A stretch of DNA of 64,000 nt from Leucoraja erinacea (lineage: Eukaryota). Of this stretch, positions 10,800 through 24,400 are shown in pieces. The first letter of the stretch is position 1. Each line of letters begins with the position of its first letter. The position numbers were made by a program, and so were the translations under genes. The stretch lies in NCBI RefSeq assembly GCF_028641065.1, contig NC_073392.1:10912001-10976000 (forward strand). The letters run 5' to 3'. The notes under the pieces were generated by a model. It was not told the origin of the DNA. It saw only the letters and a list, made by a program, of their open reading frames with translations, and did no database searches.

Positions 10800-13700
10800 C
10801 ACACATTTTATGGTCGCGGGAAAAAGTAGGAAAAAAACATCGAGGTAAGCGGGGGGGGGGGGTTCGGAACAGGCTAAGAGCTCTAGCCTACTGTCCACCT
10901 CTGCCCAGCATTCTTCTTGCTAATGTCCAGTCCCTGGAAAACAAAATGGATGATCTCAGGGCGTGGGTTAAAGGAGCAGCCCCTCAACCGGGAGTGCTGT
11001 CACCTCCTTAGCTGATGACCTGAACTCCTTTTATGCACGATTTGAGGTGGGCAATAACACCCCTAGCTCGCCGGCTAACAACAACACCGTCAGCACGCTG
11101 GCTAGCGAGGCTGGAGTGAGGCACATGGCTGGGGATGTGCACACATTCACGGTGTCCAACCACGACAGATAGATAAGATGGCGCCTGCCCGTAGCGACAT
11201 TTTGCCAGCAGCTCAACAGAAGAGAATTATTTATAATTTCACTCAACTCAAGCTGGAGGATGAGACGGATGTTCGGCAGCTGTGACAGGGCTTGAATGCC
11301 ATTACCTCCCAATAGGCGAAATCAGGAGGCAGCTCAATTGATAGCGAAGCATTACTCCCCGACGAGCTCAATGCGTTTTACGCACGCTTTGATAGGGAGA
11401 ACACTGATGTGCTTTCCCGAGCCCCCGTGATGGTATTTCAGTCAGTCACAGAGGCCGACGTCAGAAGATTCTTCAGGAGGTTGAACCCTCGGAAAGCGCC
11501 TGGACCTGATGTGATACCCGGCCGTGTTCTAAAAACACGTGCGGACCAACTGCCTGGAGTTTTTACGGACATTTTCAACCTCTCACTTCTGAGGTCTGAG
11601 GTTCGCACCTGCTTTAAAAGGGCATCAATAATACCGGTGCCCAAGAAGAGCAAGTTGACGAGCCTCAATGACTATCGACAAGTGGCACTAACGTCTGTGG
11701 TGATGAAGTGCTTTGAGAGGTTGATTATGGCGCAAATCAACTCATACCTCGAGAAGAACCTCGACCCACTGCAGTTCGTTTACTGCCACAACAGATCAAC
11801 AGTGGATACGAACTCACTGGCTCTCCATTCCGCTCTGGACCACTTGGGACAACAGAAACTCATATGTCAGGCTGTTATTCATTGACTACAGCTCGGTGTT
11901 TAACAACATCATCTCCTCCAAGCTGGTTACCAAACTCTCAGAACTGGATCTCTGCTCATCCCTCTGCAATTGGATCCTCGACTTCCCGAAATGTGTCATC
12001 CTCGATAACAATCAGCACGGGAGCACCTCAAGGCTGCATGCTCAGCCCCCTGCTGTACTCACTCTATACTCATGACTGTGTAGCTGGACATAGTGCGAAC
12101 TCCATAATCAAGTTCGAGTCAGAGTATAGAAGTGAGATCAAACGATTGACCAAATCGTGCCAGCACAATAACCTGGCTCTCAACACCAACAAAACCAAGG
12201 AACTGATTGTGGACTTTGGAAAGTGTAGGATAAGGACCCACAATCCCATTTATATCAATGGAACAATGGTGGAAAGGGTCAAGAACTTCAAATTCCTGGG
12301 CGTGCATATTTCTGAATATCTTTCCTGGTCCCAGCACACTGATGCAATTATAAAGAAAGCACATCAGCGCCTCTACTTCCTGAGAAGTTTTCGGAGAGTC
12401 GGTATATCAAAGAGAATTCTCTCGAACCTCTACAGGTGGACAATCGTGAGCATACTGACTGGTTGCATCGTGGCCTGGTTCGGCAACTTGAGCGTCCAAG
12501 AGTGGAAAAGGATACAGAAAGTGGTGACCACTTCATCGGCTCTGACCTCCCCACCATCGAAAGGATCTATTGCAGTCGCTGCCTCAAAAAGGCTGCCAAC
12601 ATCATCAAGGACCCACACAATTCTGGCCACACACTCATTTCTCCACAGCCATCAGGTAGAAGGTACAGGAGCCTGAAAACTGGTACATCCAGGTTCAGGA
12701 ACAGCTTCTTCCCCACAGCCATCAGGCTATTAAACTTGCCATCAAACAAACTCTGAACTATAACAGCCTATTGCACTTCATCTTTTTATTTATGTGTGTA
12801 TATATATGGTCTCTCTATATAGACACACTGAACTGTTCTGTATTTATGCTTACAATACTCTGTTGTGCAAGCAAGAATTTCATTGTCCTATCTGGGACAC
12901 ATGACAATAAACTCTCTTGACTTGACGTGAGGGGGGCTCTGACGCGTGTGAACATGAGGAAAGCTGTAGGCCCAGATGGTATATCTGGGAGAGTACTAAA
13001 GTCTTGTGCTAATCAGCTAGCTCCAGTATTCACCACAATATTCAACCTTTCCATAGCCAAGTCCATGGTCCTTACCTGCTTCAAGAGATCCACTATTGTA
13101 CCAGTGCCTAAGAATGCCTCTCCAGCCTGCTTGAATGACTACCGACCGGTGGCCCTCACCTCAGTGGTCATGAAATGCTTCGAGAGGCTGATCAAGGACT
13201 ACATCTGCGCCTTCCTCCCTCGCACCATGGATCTGCTGCAATTTGCATACCGTCCAAACAGATCCACGGATAATGCGGTCTCCCAGGTTTTCAACATTAC
13301 TCTCTCTCACCTTAACAGCCAGAAGAGGGGCTATGTGAGGCTGCTGTTCATTGAATTCAGTTCAGCTTTCAACATTATAGCCCCCAAAAGACTTGCTGAT
13401 AAGCTGCAGGAACTGGGGCTGACCACTCCCCTGTGTGCCTGGGTCCTGGACTTTCTGACCGCCAGGCCCCAGGCGGTCAAGATGGGTAGACATACCCCCA
13501 ACCCCCTCACCCTGAACACAGGATCCCCCCAGGGTGCATCCTCAGCCCCCTACTGTGCTCCCTGTTCACACATGATTGTGTGGCCAGGTTCAGCTCCAAC
13601 TTCATCATTAAGTTTGCAGATGACAAGTGGTGGTGTGGCTGATCTCCGATAACGATGAGAAGGCCTACCTGGAGGAGATGGCTGACCTGGCACTCTGGTG

Positions 13701-14436
13701 TCAAAATAACAGCCTCCTCTTGAATGTCACAAAAACTAAGCAGCTGTTTGTGGACTTTAAACAGGCACAACAACCGAGGACATACACGCCACTGGGGATT
13801 AATGGGACTACCATGGATAGGGTGAGCAGCTTTAAATACCTGGGAATCCACATCACAGAGGATCTGACATGGACAACACACACTGCCGCACTGGTGAGAA
13901 AGGCAAGGCAGCGCCTTACCACCTCAGGCAGCTGAAGAAATTCAGTGTCTCTCTGAGAATCCTTCAATCCTTCTACTCTGGTGCTGTAGAAAGTATCCTA
14001 ACCGGAAACATCTCTATCTGGTTTGGCAACAGCTCTGCCCAGGACAGGAAGGCTCTGCAGAGAGTAGTGCGTTTGGCCGAACGCAGCACAGGATCTACGC
14101 TACTCCCCTGCAGAACCTATACATTAGGAGATGCAGATCCAGAGCCAGCAAGATCATGAAGGACCCTACCACCCCAGCAAAGGACAGTTCCAGCTGCTAC
14201 GGTCAGGCAAGCGCCTCCGCTGTCATGCTGCGAAAACAGAGGGGATGGAGTTTCTATCCACAGGCCATCAGGACTGTAAACTCTGATCTCACCAGGGCAT
14301 AGATACTGTTGTCTTCTTTTTTTAATGTAAATACTGGTTCTGTTTTGTCCTGTTGTTTTGCACAGTGCCACAAGCATTGCCACTTTCATTTCACTGTACA
14401 TCTTGTATGTGTATGTGACAAATAAAGTTGACTTGA
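10800..14436 (+). mobile_element. Rex1/Babar-type LINE (element A), internally deleted and split by element B
   Basis: Endonuclease N-terminus PPLPSILLANVQSLENKMDDLRA (~10890-10960). Frame FTVSNHD (ends 11166) continues as VRGALTRVNMRKAVGPDG at 12927; CLNDYRPVALTSVVMKCFERL; tail tgacaaataaagttgacttga. Confidence 0.88.
11167..12926 (+). mobile_element. Rex1/Babar-type LINE (element B) nested in element A
   Basis: ORFs 11409-11885 and 11864-12676 (RKAPGPDVIPGRVLK, GAPQGCMLSPLLYSLYTHDC, FKFLGVHI); 3' tail gacaataaactctcttgacttgac; GAC at both junctions. Confidence 0.88.
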
Positions 14437-14604
14437 TTGGATCTAACTAAACTACACAAAGAAAGCTGCATGTCCTTTATATCAACATTGTTTGTTGAAC
14501 CAATATTGTACCCAGCAAAGTCAACATTTGTTCTATTTATATAATATTCATCAAGTAAACTTGTCATTCATGTTTCTAAATGGAGAAAAGTTTAGTTTGG
14601 AGAA

Positions 14605-15525
14605 CGTCTGCCGCAGAACCTGCACATTCGGCGCTGAAACTGTCTATGAGTTCCGCACCCTTCTGAAGACCAGACACCATGTCTGAAGGTACCGAGGACT
14701 ACAAGAAGTCCAGATACGACCTTAGTAAGGTCATCAAAAAGGCCAAAAGGGACTTCTGCTCCAAGCTAGAGGATGAGACGGATGTTCGACAGCTGTGGCG
14801 GGGCCTGAATGCAATCACCTCCTACAAGGCGAAATCAAGAGGCAGCTCACATGTCAGTGAAATATAATTCCCTGACGAGCTCAATGCGTTGTACGCACAC
14901 TTTGATAGGGAGAACACTGATGTGCCTTCTCGAGCCCCCATTCGCTGTGATGGTATGTCGGTCACGGTCACAGAGGTCGACGTCAAAAAAGCCTTGGGAG
15001 GGGTGAAGCCTCGGAAATGTACATGGACCTGATGGTATACCCGATCATGTTCTAAAAAAACTGGCTGGAGTTTTTACAGACATTTTCAACCCCTCACTTC
15101 TGAGGTCTGAGGTTCCCGCCTGCTTTAAAAGGCCATCTTGCAGAGACTGAGTGAGGCACACCACATCCGGGTTTTATAGTCCCTCCCCCCTCCCACCAGC
15201 AGGGGCAGCAGAGAGAATGGTAACATTTTTTAAAACATTAATATCTCTCTGATTTTTCATCGATGGGAAAAATCCTCTGGTCCATTCCAGCGGAGGGGGG
15301 CTCTGAGCAAGGTGGCCACAAACGACGGCCGTAAGTGGCGGCGTTCTCTCGGAAATCACATTGCAGTGAATCAAAAGCAGTCATGGTCTTACTTTTAGTA
15401 ATATAGATAGATATATACTCTGATCTGTTCTGTATTTATTTATGCCTACTATATTCTGTTGTACTGAAGCAAAGCAAGAATTTCATTGTCCTATCTGGGA
15501 CACATGACAATAAACTCTCTTGAAT
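14605..15525 (+). mobile_element. Third Rex1/Babar fragment (same subfamily as B) with its 3' tail, interrupted by a non-LINE insert
   Basis: 14760-15135 aligns with 11250-11625; 15415-15525 matches tail 12825-12920. Confidence 0.8.
15137..15410 (-). mobile_element. Non-autonomous Helitron/Helentron-like fragment (one terminus)
   Basis: Minus strand starts a|TCTATATTACTAAAAG, resembling Helitron-type termini in an AT-rich target; non-coding, CpG-containing, unrelated to the flanking Rex sequence. Confidence 0.45.
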
Positions 15526-17487
15526 CTCTCCTCTCTATTTGGTGCGATGATACTGAGGGAACATTCAATTCAAAGTTGACTGGGTTTAATATAAACATCA
15601 GTCTGACTCAGAGACAATATGCTTTATCAGTATACAGCCAAGCTTAAATACTACATCTTTCCAATACTTAAAAATCAGCATATATAACTATCTGAACCAT
15701 TGTGTTCCTCCAGCATTTTCTCAAATACATATGTGTCTTTTTACTATACTGGAGAGATTTTGAGGAACGATTAATATTCAGTTTTTACACCAATACCCTG
15801 CTGCCTCACCTGCTGAGTTTCTCCATCATTTTTGTCTACCTTCGATTTTCCAGCATCTGTATTTCTTTCTTAAACAGTACCTAGTCTTGTACACTTTCTT
15901 CCAACTTGGAAAAACCGTTACCGGGAATTTGTCATTATCTTGAAGTCAATTTAATTTCAATGCTACGGTAACCATTCCCTCTTGTAGGCTTCAATTTTGC
16001 TTACAAAATAACAACGTGGCCGTTCAAAACTATAGGCTAAAGGTTTATCAAAACAAAAATTCCCCAGGTTATCCTCAAATCAAATAAGGAGTCTGTTGGG
16101 AATCTGGTTTCATGCATCTTCCAAAGAAACCAGTGCAGCACACTCTCTCTCTCTCTCTCTCTCAATCATGCCCTGAATTGCTCAGTCATGTGCCACCAGC
16201 AGTTTGAATGTGTGACCCGATTAAAAATATGCAGGTGTGGGTGGGTTTGGAATGAGAATCCAATCACAAAAACGTTCCCACTTCAATACAATCAAAACAT
16301 ACACACGAACATCAGTAATAGAAGGTCCCATGGCCTTAAGCCTGCTCTCTTAGTCTGCAATGATTTGTGCTGTTCGCAGCTCGTTGCAGGAGAATTCCTA
16401 ACATTTACACCCTTTCACAAAGAGAAGTTCCTCCTCCTTTGTCTTAGATACATGACACCTAATTCCTCCTCCCTCTATCCCCCCCTCAACAGATTCTCCC
16501 GATGGAAAAGATCCTCTCAGCATCCATCTTAAATCTCCTCAATCTTACATTTTCAATAGTATCTTTAAAAAAATTCTAATCATGATGGTACCAATCAGCT
16601 CAATATTTGACAATTCTTTCATCCAGAAATTAAATGAATGAACCTTTCAATTAATTTTCGCAAATACAAAAATATTTTTCAACAATAAGATGAAATCTGT
16701 ATTTAAAAGTGCATTAATGGAAGAAATAGCAGTCAAAGCCTTCAATTCAAATTACATTTGACTGTTTCCATGCAGTCAAAACAAGGTTTCTATTACTCCC
16801 TTTCGCTTCAACAGTCAAGAGTTTTTTTGTCAGATGTTCTGAATTGGAACAATGAAATTCTTACTTGCAGCAGCACTACCGATTTGTAATAACTTGTGCT
16901 TGCATGTCATCTTTGGACTTTGCATACGAGCACACATCTATTTGAACTGTGCTATTAAAAACACTTTAAGTGCTTTAAAATTTTCTAAAGAGCCTATGGC
17001 AATTTCAAAAACAGAACGTCATAGCCTTTCTTATAGATGGATGGTAGCCGATTCAGTAGCAAACTTTCAAGTCGTCAAGACTTTAACAGATAATTAAAGA
17101 CTGTGCTGCAATTAATGTTTTAACTTGAGGAAAAAAAAACAGCTGGATGAACTTAGCAGACCAGACAGCATCTGCAGACGGAAAATATATAGACCGTGTT
17201 TCAAGTTGGCACCCTTCTTCAGATACCATTGCCCATTTCCCTTCACTCACTGTACAGTAAGTACATTTTATTTATATAGCATGTTTAAATCAACTCGCGT
17301 TGAAACCAAAGTGCTTTACATAGAAGAAATAATTAAGTTTCTGTACATCCATAGAAAAAAACACTGAGTTCCTCCAGCAAATTGTTTACCCAAGATTCCA
17401 TATCTGCAGTTTCTTGTATCATGCCTTTAGCCTGAGATCCTAGGAACTAGTGTATCCAATTAATAGAAACTAACAGAAAAGGATATT

Positions 17488-18478
17488 CACCTTTCGTCCC
17501 ACCAGCTTCCACATCCAACATATCATCCTCCGACATTTCCGCCACCTCTAATGAGATCCCAGTCACATCTTCTCATCCCTTCTTTATGCCTTCCCTAGAG
17601 ACCGTTGCTCCTTGATTCATTCATCCCTTTCCACCCAATCCACCCCCTCACCAGGTACTTCCCCTAACAACAGCAGGAGATGCAATATCTGTCCCAATAC
17701 TTCCTCCCTCTCCTCCATCCAGTAACCTCAGCACTCCTCCCAGAGGTTCATGTACACATCCTCTACCCTCGTCTACTGCATCCAGTGTTCCCGATATGGC
17801 CTCCTTTAAATCTGGCCAAACCCAGACTCAGCAACCGTTTTGCCGAACACTTGCATTCAATCTACCAAGGCCTACTGGATCTCCTGGTTGCTAACTATTT
17901 TAACTCCTCTACCTATTGCTACACTAACTTTTCAGTCCAAAGCCTCTTCCATTGCCAGAGTGAGGCAATGCACAAAAAACTGGAGGAACAGCCCCTCATA
18001 TTCCATTTGGATAGCTTACAACCCAACGGTATGTACATTGATAGACAGAAGGGTCCTGACCCAAAATGTCATTTATCCTGAGCTGCTGTTACTGGAGCAG
18101 TTTTTGTCTATGTTTGGCATAACTCAGCATCTGCAGTTCTTTGTTTCTACAGTATGAACATTGAATTTTCCAAATTTAATAAATTTACCAAAACCCCCCT
18201 CCTCTTTCTCCACCGCTTGCCTGCTGGACTTGCAATTATTTCTCCCCTTCAATCTATATTCCGTCCACTGGTTTTGCAATTAGCATATCATTGTCCTTAT
18301 CTCACGCCTTTAGTCTTTTCATCTCAGGCCCTTGTGCAACTGTCTGCCGATCAACCCCCTTCTATCACTTTGCCAGGCTTTGTCCTCCTACCTCTGCTCC
18401 CTCCCCCACCCAGTCTGAATAAGGGTCCTGACCCAAAGCATCACCTATCCATATTTTCCAGCGATGTTACCTGTGTGT
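17488..18478 (+). mobile_element. Decayed Penelope-like element (RT C-terminus, GIY-YIG endonuclease, 3' pseudo-LTR)
   Basis: TFRPTSFHIQHIILRHFRHL**DP; SRRCNICP linker; TSSTLVYCIQCSRYGLL*I (GIY-YIG-like); RLSNRFAEHLHS; ends in the ctgaataagggtcctgaccc motif. Confidence 0.8.
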
Positions 18479-18499
18479 AGTGGGAGCCGGTGTTCCTTC

Positions 18500-21400
18500 A
18501 CCCCTGTTCTTTACAGCCCGGGGGCTGCCGGCCTCCCTCCTCACCCCCTCCTTCCTTCACCTTCCTCCCTCCCCCTCAGCCACTACTCCTTCCCTCACTT
18601 CTCCCCTGCCTCCCTCTCACCCCCTCAATCCCTCTCCCACTCATCCCAATCCCTCCCGCCTGATCACCCTCTCCTTAGCTCACCCCCCTCCTTCATTCCT
18701 CCCTCCCTCTCACGCTCCCCCCTCCCTCACACTCCCCAATCAACCTCCCTCACTTCTCCCCCCCTCCTCCTCCCACTGCCATCCACCCCCCTCCCCCTCC
18801 ATCTCACTCCCCCTCCCACCCCTCCTCTCCCCCTCCCACTCCCCTCCCTTCTCTCTCCCCCCTCCCTCACTTCCTCCCCCCCCTCTTCTCTCTCTCTCCT
18901 CCCCCCCTCCTCTCTGCCCCTCCCTCCTTAATTCTCCCCCCCCTCCGTCAATCTCCCTCATCCTCCCCCTCTCTTCTCTCCCCTCTCCCTGCACTTCTCC
19001 GCCTCCCCTCTCTCCCCCCGTTCTCCCCTCCTCCTCCTCCCCCCCCCTCCTCTCCCCCCTCCCCCCTCTCCCTCCTTCCTCCCTCGAGCCCCCCCCCCCC
19101 CTCCCTCTCTCTCCCCCTCCACCGCTCTCCCCCCCTCCCCACTCCTCCCCCCCATCTCCTCCCCTCTACCCCCCTGTGGCTCCCTCTCCCCCCCCCCCCT
19201 CCTTCGCGCTGCCCTCTCCACATCCCCCTCTTTCTCCCCCCCCCTCCCCCAATTCCTCTCGCCCCCCTCTCTCACTTCCCTCTCTCTTCTCCCCCCTCCC
19301 TCACTAGGCTCCCTTCTCTCCTCTCACTCTCCCCTCTCCCTCTTCGCTCACCCCCCCCTCCTCCCCTGCTCTCTCCCCTTCCCCCACCCCTTCACTCTAG
19401 TCTCTCCCCCTCCCTCACTCGCTCCCCCCCCTCTCACTCTCTCCCCCCCCCCTCTCCTCTACTCACCCCTCCACCATTACCGGCTCCTCTTTCCCCCCTC
19501 TTTAACCACCTCTACTTCCCTCTTGCCCCCGCTCTCGTGCGCTCCCCTTTCCCCCCTCCTCTCCCTCTCCCGGCTTACTCTCTCCTCCGCTCCTCCTTTC
19601 CGCTATGCCCCCATCTCTCCCCCTCTCCTGCCTCTTGACCCCTCTCCCCGCCCCGCCCTCTCTCTCCCCCCCTCTCTCACTCCCTCCCACCCCTAGTCTC
19701 CCTCTCTCCCCCCTCCCTTTCCTCTTCTCTCTTGAGTCCCCCCTCCCCTCTCTGCCTCTCCTCTCCCCCCCATATCCTCCCTCTTTTCCCCCCTCTCATC
19801 CTCCCCCAATCCCCCTCTCCCACCCCTCTCTTCCCCTTTTCGCTCCTCTTCTCCCTTCTGCTCTCCCTTGTTGAGCTCCTTTTCTATCCCTCTCCACCCC
19901 TCTCCCGTTCCCTCCTCTCCCCCTCCTCTGTTTCTCCTCTTCTCGTTTCTCTCCCCCCTTCCCTCTCCCCCCCTCTCCTCTCCCCCCTCCCCTCTGCTGC
20001 GGTCTTCCTCTCTTTCTCCCACCCTCTCCTCTTCTCTCCTTCCCCCTCTCTTTCTCCCCAACCATCCTCGGCGGCACTCTCATCCCCCGCATCCCTCTCT
20101 CTCCCCTCCCTCCTTTCTCTCTCTCCTACATCTCCCCCCTCTCGCTCCCCCTCTTACTCACCTCTCTTCCCCCTCGCCGCCGCAATCCCCGCCTCTGCTT
20201 CTACGCTCCCCTGCCTTTCAATCTCTTGTCCTCGCCTCAACCTTCCTCCTGTCCTCAGCCCCTGTATCTTCTCCACTTCCCTCCTTTCCAGCTGACTTTC
20301 CCTCCTCGCTCCCCCCCCCCCTTTATCCCCTGCCCTCTCCTCTTCCCATTCTCTTTTTTCCTCTTTCACCCATCTCTCCTCTCCCCTCCCCTCTCCCTCC
20401 TCCTCTCTATGGTTTCCTCTTCCTTCACCTCCCTTTCCCTTCCCCCCCTCCCTCCCCCTCTCTCCGTTTTCCTCTCCCCTCCTTCTTCCCCCCCCTCCCA
20501 TCCCCTCTCCTTTCCTCTCCCCTTCCTGCCTCTCTCTCTCCCTCTGTCCTCCCCTCTCTCCCCTCCCTCTCTCCTTTTCTCCGTTCCCCTCCCCTTTCCC
20601 CCTCCTCTCCTCACTCCCCCTCCCTCCTTTCCCCTCTCTCCCTCCCTTCTCCTTTCTCTCATTACGTTTTTCCTCCCTACCTTCTCTCCTTTCTCTCCCC
20701 CTCCTCCCTCCCGTGCCACTTTCTCTCACCTCTTCCTACCCTCTTCATCCTTTCCTCTTCCCCCTCTTCCTCCCACCGCTCCCCTTCCTTTCTCTCCCTT
20801 TCCTTCTTTCCTCTTTTTCCTCCTCCTCTCCCCTTCACCCTCTTTCGCCCCTCCCCCTCTCGTCTCCCCCTCTCTCCCTCCCTCCTCCTTATCCTACCTT
20901 TTCTCCTCCCCTCGTGATTCCTCCTTCCTTTCCCCCTCTTCTCTCCCCCCCCTCCCTCTTCCCTTATTTCCTTCGCTCCCTCCTCTCCCTCCCCTTCCCC
21001 CTCACCCCTCTCTCCTCCCCCTCTTCCTCTTTGACCCCCCTCCTCTTTCTCTCCTCCCTCCATCTCTCTCCTTCCCTCTTCCCCCTTCTTTTCCTCCCTG
21101 TTTCCACCACTCTTCCCCTCCTCTTCTTCTTCTCCTACTCCCCCTCCTCCCCCTCTCCCCTATTCTCTCCCCTCTCACCCTCTCACCTATCCCGCCTCCT
21201 CCCTCTCTTTTCTTCCTCCCCACTCCCCTCTCCTCCTCTCTCCTTTCCCTCCCTCTCCACTCTCTCCCCTCCCCACCCTCCCCTCTACCTCTCCCCTCAT
21301 CCTCCCTTCCCCTCTCTCTCACTTCTGAGGTTCCTTCCCCACTCCCGGCCTTCTCTTCTTCCCCGCTCCCCATTCTCCTCCCCCCTTCCAACTCTCCCCC

Positions 21401-24400
21401 CTCGCCCCTCCCCTCCCTCCTCCTCCCCCCCATCCCTCTCTCTCTCCTCCTCACCCATCTCGCCCCCCTCCCCTCTCCCTCCCCTCCCTCCCTCCCCTCT
21501 CTCCCTCTCCCTCCCTCCTCGCCTTTTCCTCTCCTCCTCCATTTCCCTCCCCCAGCCCTCCCCGCGCCTCCTCCCCCCCCTCCCCTCCCTTTCTCCCCTC
21601 CCCCCCTCCCCCTCCCTCTCTGTCGCCCCTCCCTTCCCCTCCCCCTCCCTCTCGCTTCCCCTCCCCTTTCCTTTCTCCGCCTCCCCCTCTCTCCCCTCCC
21701 CCCTCTCCCCTCCCTCTCTCCTTTCCCCTCCCCCTCCCCCCTCCCCTCATCCCCTCTCCCCTCTCTTCCCCATCCTCCCTCTCCCCCCCAGCCTTTTTCC
21801 TCTCTCTCTTTTCTCCCCTCCCCCTCTACCCCCCTCCCTCCCCTCTCCTCCTCCTCTCTCCCCCTCCTTCTCCTCTCCCCCCCCCCCTCATCCTCCCCCA
21901 ACCTCTCCCTCCCTCCTCTCCTCTCCCCTCTCCTCTCCTCCTCTCCTCCTCTCTCCCTCCTCCTCCCCTCTCTCCTCTCCTCTCTCTCCCCNNNNNNNNN
22001 NNNNNNNNNNNNNNNNNNNNNNNNNNNNNNNNNNNNNNNNNNNNNNNNNNNNNNNNNNNNNNNNNNNNNNNNNNNNNNNNNNNNNNNNNNNNNNNNNNNN
22101 NNNNNNNNNNNNNNNNNNNNNNNNNNNNNNNNNNNNNNNNNNNNNNNNNNNNNNNNNNNNNNNNNNNNNNNNNNNNNNNNNNNNNNNNNNNNNNNNNNNC
22201 TTCCCTCTCCCTCTCCTCTCCCCTCCTCCCCTCCTCTCCCCCCTCCCCCCTCTCTCTCCCCTCTCTCCCCCCTCTCCTCTCCCCTCCCCTTCCTCTTCTC
22301 CCCTACCTCCCTTCCCCGCCTCTCTCCCTCTCTCTCCTCCCCTCCCCCTCTCCTCCCTTCTCTCTCTCTCCTCTCCTCCCTCCTCTCCCCTCTATCTCTC
22401 CTCTTCTCTCCCCCCCTCCTCTACCTCTCTCTCTCCCCCCTCCATCCTCGCCATCCCCTCTCATCCCTCCCTCCCCTCCTCTTCCCTCTCTCGTCCTCTC
22501 CCTCTCCCCCTCCTCAACCTGCTCCCCTCTCTCGCCCCTCTACTCACCCTCCCCCTCCTCTCTCCCCCTCCCCTCCTCACCTCCCCGCTTCGTCCTCTCC
22601 TCCCCTCTTCCCTCCCCTCTTCCTCCCGCTCTCCTACTCCCCCTCCTCTCCTCCTCTCCCCTCCTCCACCCCTCCTCCTCCGCCCTCCGCTCTCCTCTCC
22701 TCCCCAGTTCCTCCCCCTCTCCTCTTCTCTNNNNNNNNNNNNNNNNNNNNNNNNNNNNNNNNNNNNNNNNNNNNNNNNNNNNNNNNNNNNNNNNNNNNNN
22801 NNNNNNNNNNNNNNNNNNNNNNNNNNNNNNNNNNNNNNNNNNNNNNNNNNNNNNNNNNNNNNNNNNNNNNNNNNNNNNNNNNNNNNNNNNNNNNNNNNNN
22901 NNNNNNNNNNNNNNNNNNNNNNNNNNNNNNNNNNNNNNNNNNNNNNNNNNNNNNNNNNNNNNNNNNNNNNCTTTCTCCCCTCTCCCCCCCCCTCTCCTCC
23001 TCCTCCCCCTTCTCCTTCCCCTCTCCCCCCCTCCCTCCTCTCCACCCCCCCCTCCTCCCTCCTCCCCTCCCTCCTTCCCCCCTCCCTCTCCCTCCTCCTT
23101 CCTCTCCCCCTCTCACCCTCCCCCCCCTCATCCCCCTCCCCTCTCTCACCTCCCCTCTTCCCTCCACTCCTCCACCTCCTCCCCTCTCCCCCTTCCCCCC
23201 TCCCAGTTCCCTTCTCCCTCCTCCCCTTCCTCTCCCTCTCTCCCCCTCCCCCTCCCCTCCCGTTTCCCCTCTCCTCTCTTCCCTCCCTCCTCCCCCCCTC
23301 TCCTCTCCGTCTCCCCCCCTCCTCACCTCCTGCCAGTCCCCTGCTCCCCCTCCTCCTCACCCCTCTCCTCCCCCCTCCCCTCCCTCCCACCTCCTCCGCA
23401 CTCCCCCCTCCCCTCCCGCCTCTCCTCCCTTCTCTCCTCCCTCTCTCTTTCCCCTCCCCCCTCCCTATCCCCCTCCCCCTCCCGCTCCCTCTCCGGCCCT
23501 CTCCTTCATCCCCCTCCCCCTCCCTCCCTCCTCCCCTCTCCACCCTCCCTCCTCCTCTCCCTCTCCCCTCTCTCTATCCCTCTCCCTCCCTCTCCCCTCT
23601 CCCCTCTCCTCTCCCCTCCTCCTCCTTCGCCCTCTCTTCCCCTCCTCCCCCTCTCCCCCCCTCCTCCTCTCCCTCCTCCCTTTCTCTCCCTCTCCTCCTT
23701 CCCCCCCTCCCCCTCCCCTCTCTCTCCTCTTCCCCCTCTCCTCCCCCTCCCCTCTCCTCCCTCTCCTCCCCTCACCCCTCCCTTCTCCCTCCTCGTCACT
23801 CTCTCCCTCCTCCCCCTCCCCTCTCTCCTCCTCCTCCTTCGCCTCCCCTCCCTCCTTTCCTCCTCTCCTCTCCTCCCCTCCCCTCTCCCCCCCACCTCTC
23901 CTCCTCTCCCCTCCTCATTCCCCTCCCTCCCCTCTCTCTCCCTCCCCCCCCTCCTCCCCTCCCCTTCCTACTCCTCCCTCCCCCTCCCCTCTCNNNNNNN
24001 NNNNNNNNNNNNNNNNNNNNNNNNNNNNNNNNNNNNNNNNNNNNNNNNNNNNNNNNNNNNNNNNNNNNNNNNNNNNNNNNNNNNNNNNNNNNNNNNNNNN
24101 NNNNNNNNNNNNNNNNNNNNNNNNNNNNNNNNNNNNNNNNNNNNNNNNNNNNNNNNNNNNNNNNNNNNNNNNNNNNNNNNNNNNNNNNNNNNNNNNNNNN
24201 NNNNNNNCTCCTCTCCCCCCCTTCTCCCCCCCTCTCTGCCTCCTCCCTCCCTCTCCCCACCCCCTCCCCCCTCCTCTTCTCCCTCCCTCCTCCCTCCCTC
24301 TCTCTCCCTCTCTTTCCCTATCCATCTATCTCTCCCCTCTTTCTCTCTCCTCTCTTTCTCCTCCCCCCTCACCCCTCTCTCCTCCCCTCCCCTCTCCTCC

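Noticed and set aside
1-18480. EIF4E3 coding exons on the minus strand
   Set aside because: Searched by eye for NLKKIYTV and YHLMRGERRPLW-type exons without a match, so no CDS is annotated.
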